In this document: positions 30,122 through 32,000 of the stretch, in pieces
How positions within the stretch are numbered: position 1 is the first letter of the stretch
Layout: each line of letters starts with the position of its first letter
NCBI GenBank assembly: GCA_010202845.1
Contig: CP047921.1
Location: 210,001 to 242,000 of the forward strand
Source: Candidatus Saccharibacteria bacterium oral taxon 488
Lineage (GTDB): Bacteria; Patescibacteriota; Saccharimonadia; Saccharimonadales; Saccharimonadaceae
Length of the DNA: 32,000 nt
Direction: 5' to 3'
The notes under the pieces: generated by a model
Database searches by the model: none
What the model saw: the letters and a program-made list of their open reading frames with translations, nothing else
What the model was told of the DNA's origin: nothing
Translations under genes and position numbers: made by a program

Positions 30122-31210
30122 ATGGTGTCGAAAGGGATACAGCAGTTTTTAGAGGCACTCAAGTCACCGCGGACGATCATGAGTATCGTGACGCTGGCGG
30201 TGCTGGTACTGATCATTTTTCTGTCGCGTGCGGAACTGATGCGGGCGTGGGAGCTGCTCGGCCGGGCAAATATCTGGCTATTGATGTTGCTGCTGCCGTT
30301 TCAAATTATCGTGTATTTCGCGGGCGGCGAGATGATTTTTGCCTATCTTCGCGACAAAAAACTGATCGGGCATATCTCACGGTTTGAGCAGACGCGGATT
30401 GCACTGGAGCTGAATCTGGTTAATCACATTTTTCCGTCAGGCGGCGTCAGCGGTATTTCCTACACGACGTGGCGGATGCACAAGCTCGGCGTCAGCTCGG
30501 CGCGCTCGACCTTTGCCCAGGTGATCCGTTACGTGACAGGCTTTCTGTCGTTGATGGTGCTGCTGATTGTGGCGGTGTTAATCTTGTCAATTGACGGGCA
30601 GGTGAATCGCTACATCGTGACGTCAAGTTTCTTCTTGGTGCTGGTGGTGCTAGCGCTAACATTTGGGCTGATTTTTATGTTCTCGTCACGAAGGCGTATG
30701 CACAACACGGCGGTGCGGATGTCGCGGCTGATCAACGCGGTAGTGCGGTGGGCGACACTGGGCAAGATCAAGCGGCTGCTGGTTTCGACGAAAATCGAAG
30801 CGTTTTTTGCTGAGATGCATGATGATTTTGTGGAGCTATCGGAGCACCGGCGCCTACTCATCAAGCCGCTGGTCTGGGGTGCAATATATGCCATTTTCGA
30901 TGTGTTAATGTTCATCGTAGCCTTTTGGGCGCTGGGCGTGTCGGTCAATCCAGCGGTGCTGATCATCGGCTACGGCGTGGCGGGGCTGGCTAGTCTGGTA
31001 GCCTTTACGCCGGGCGGTGCGGGCGTGTACGAAGCGATTATGATCGTTTTCTTGAGTATGACCGGTGTGGCGCCGGACGTTGCCATCGCTGGGATTGTGC
31101 TGACGCGGGTGATTTTACTAACGGGGACAATTGTCTTTGGGTATATGTTCTACCAGCACGCGCTGATCAAATATGGGCGGCCGGATGACGACGATGGCGC
31201 CGCGGTTTAG
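30122..31210 (+). CDS. UPF0104 / lysylphosphatidylglycerol-synthase-TM-region-like (flippase-like) membrane protein
   Basis: About 8 TM helices and the family motif near the C-terminus, FTPGGAGVYEAIMIVFL. Confidence 0.8.
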   Translation: MVSKGIQQFLEALKSPRTIMSIVTLAVLVLIIFLSRAELMRAWELLGRANIWLLMLLLPFQIIVYFAGGEMIFAYLRDKKLIGHISRFEQTRIALELNLVNHIFPSGGVSGISYTTWRMHKLGVSSARSTFAQVIRYVTGFLSLMVLLIVAVLILSIDGQVNRYIVTSSFFLVLVVLALTFGLIFMFSSRRRMHNTAVRMSRLINAVVRWATLGKIKRLLVSTKIEAFFAEMHDDFVELSEHRRLLIKPLVWGAIYAIFDVLMFIVAFWALGVSVNPAVLIIGYGVAGLASLVAFTPGGAGVYEAIMIVFLSMTGVAPDVAIAGIVLTRVILLTGTIVFGYMFYQHALIKYGRPDDDDGAAV

Positions 31211-32000
31211 CGTTAGTGACTTCGTGGCGGTCGTCAATCAGGTGCTGGAGACCGCTGTCCCGGTTGTTGAGATTGAGGGCGAGGTTGCTGAGTTCACGGT
31301 GCGTCAGCAAAAATTTGTCTTTTTTACCCTCAAGGACAGTGAGAGTGCGGTCAATTGTTTCATGATGGCCTGGCAGCTCAGGGCACCAATCGAGGAGGGA
31401 ATGCGCGTGGTGGTGCGAGCCTCAGCTAAGTTAACTGCCAAGGGTAAGTTTAGCCTAACGGTACAGGAGGTCAAGCCACTGGGTGCGGGTCACCTCAAGC
31501 GCAGCGCTGAGTTACTCAGGGCGAAATTAGCGGCCGAAGGGTTGTTTGATACGGAACGGAAGCGTCCCTTGCCGCCATATCCTGCCCGCGTGGCGGTCAT
31601 TTCCAGCACGCAAGCGGCGGGCTATGCGGATTTTATGAAAATTGCCGGCGAGCGGTGGGGCGGGGTGCAGTTTATCGTTGCTAATATCAAGGTTCAGGGC
31701 GACGGCGCGGTTGATCAGGCGGTGCGGGCGATTGCCCACTGTAACCAGCTGGCGGAGCCGCCAGAGGTGATTGTGCTGATTCGCGGCGGCGGTAGCGCGG
31801 AGGACCTGGCGAGTTTCAATGATGAATGCTTGGTGCGAGCGGTGGCTGGCAGCCGCGTGCCGGTGCTGACCGGTATTGGGCATGAAATTGACGAAAGTTT
31901 GTGCGATCTGGCGGCTGATGTGCGGGCGGCCACGCCGAGTAATGCGGCGCAGTTATTGTTTCCGGATAAGTGTGAGGTGAGGCAGCAATTAGCGCTGCGT
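31194..32000 (+). CDS. xseA: Exodeoxyribonuclease VII large subunit, 3'-truncated by the window edge
   Basis: My own translation (not in the ORF track because it runs off the window) reads MAPRFSVSDFVAVVNQVLE...FFTLKD (OB fold), then LIRGGGSAEDLASFNDE and GIGHEIDESLCDLAADVRAATPSNAA. In-frame ATGs at 31173 and 31185 are alternative starts. The gene overlaps the upstream gene by at least 17 nt. Confidence 0.9.
   Translation, partial: MAPRFSVSDFVAVVNQVLETAVPVVEIEGEVAEFTVRQQKFVFFTLKDSESAVNCFMMAWQLRAPIEEGMRVVVRASAKLTAKGKFSLTVQEVKPLGAGHLKRSAELLRAKLAAEGLFDTERKRPLPPYPARVAVISSTQAAGYADFMKIAGERWGGVQFIVANIKVQGDGAVDQAVRAIAHCNQLAEPPEVIVLIRGGGSAEDLASFNDECLVRAVAGSRVPVLTGIGHEIDESLCDLAADVRAATPSNAAQLLFPDKCEVRQQLALR

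Noticed and set aside
31527-31933. Minus-strand ORFs (118 aa and 72 aa) near the window end.
   Set aside because: The plus strand encodes an unmistakable XseA (LIRGGGSAEDL, GIGHEIDE...RAATPSNAA). The minus-strand ORFs are GC-driven shadows.

Overview
This is a compact, almost fully coding 32-kb chromosomal segment with about 33 protein genes. I could not recognise any rRNA, tRNA, CRISPR array, transposase or integrase by eye.

Gene order:
- DUF2207 membrane protein (5' partial) and a CNNM/DUF21-CBS transporter.
- A small GC-rich locus and an AT-rich cassette.
- A MacB-type ABC permease and ATPase in one operon with PadR and a PspC-domain protein, then uppP.
- A decayed ABC-ATPase remnant.
- A roughly 2-kb collagen-like surface protein.
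- serS, a small ORF and hpf; then secA and an M16 peptidase.
- An orphan gene, murD, a second orphan gene, and convergent hpt-murI.
- prfB and a multi-TM protein.
- ftsE-ftsX followed by a coiled-coil CHAP hydrolase, an S41 protease and a lone receiver domain.
- rpmA, a hypothetical exported protein, a UPF0020/Trm11-like methyltransferase, a UPF0104 membrane protein and xseA (3' partial).

Most notable observations, all read directly from the sequence:
1. Thirteen genes have a -10 box, an extended TGnTAnAnT box in eleven of them, 6-8 nt upstream of the ATG with no Shine-Dalgarno, which implies leaderless mRNAs. Operon-internal genes instead use strong AGGAGG sites or ATGA overlaps. This moves seven starts of the ORF track.
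2. The collagen-like gene is cut by a single in-frame TAG between its membrane anchor and its Gly-X-Y stalk.
3. A perfect 14-bp palindrome plus ATAGTAC heptamer repeats sit on the promoter of the ABC-PadR-PspC operon.
4. ftsEX is followed by a PcsB-like CHAP hydrolase, an S41 protease and a receiver domain.
5. Two lower-GC orphan genes flank murD.

The gene content and compactness fit a reduced Gram-positive-type genome such as Saccharibacteria/Patescibacteria. That taxonomic guess is inference only.
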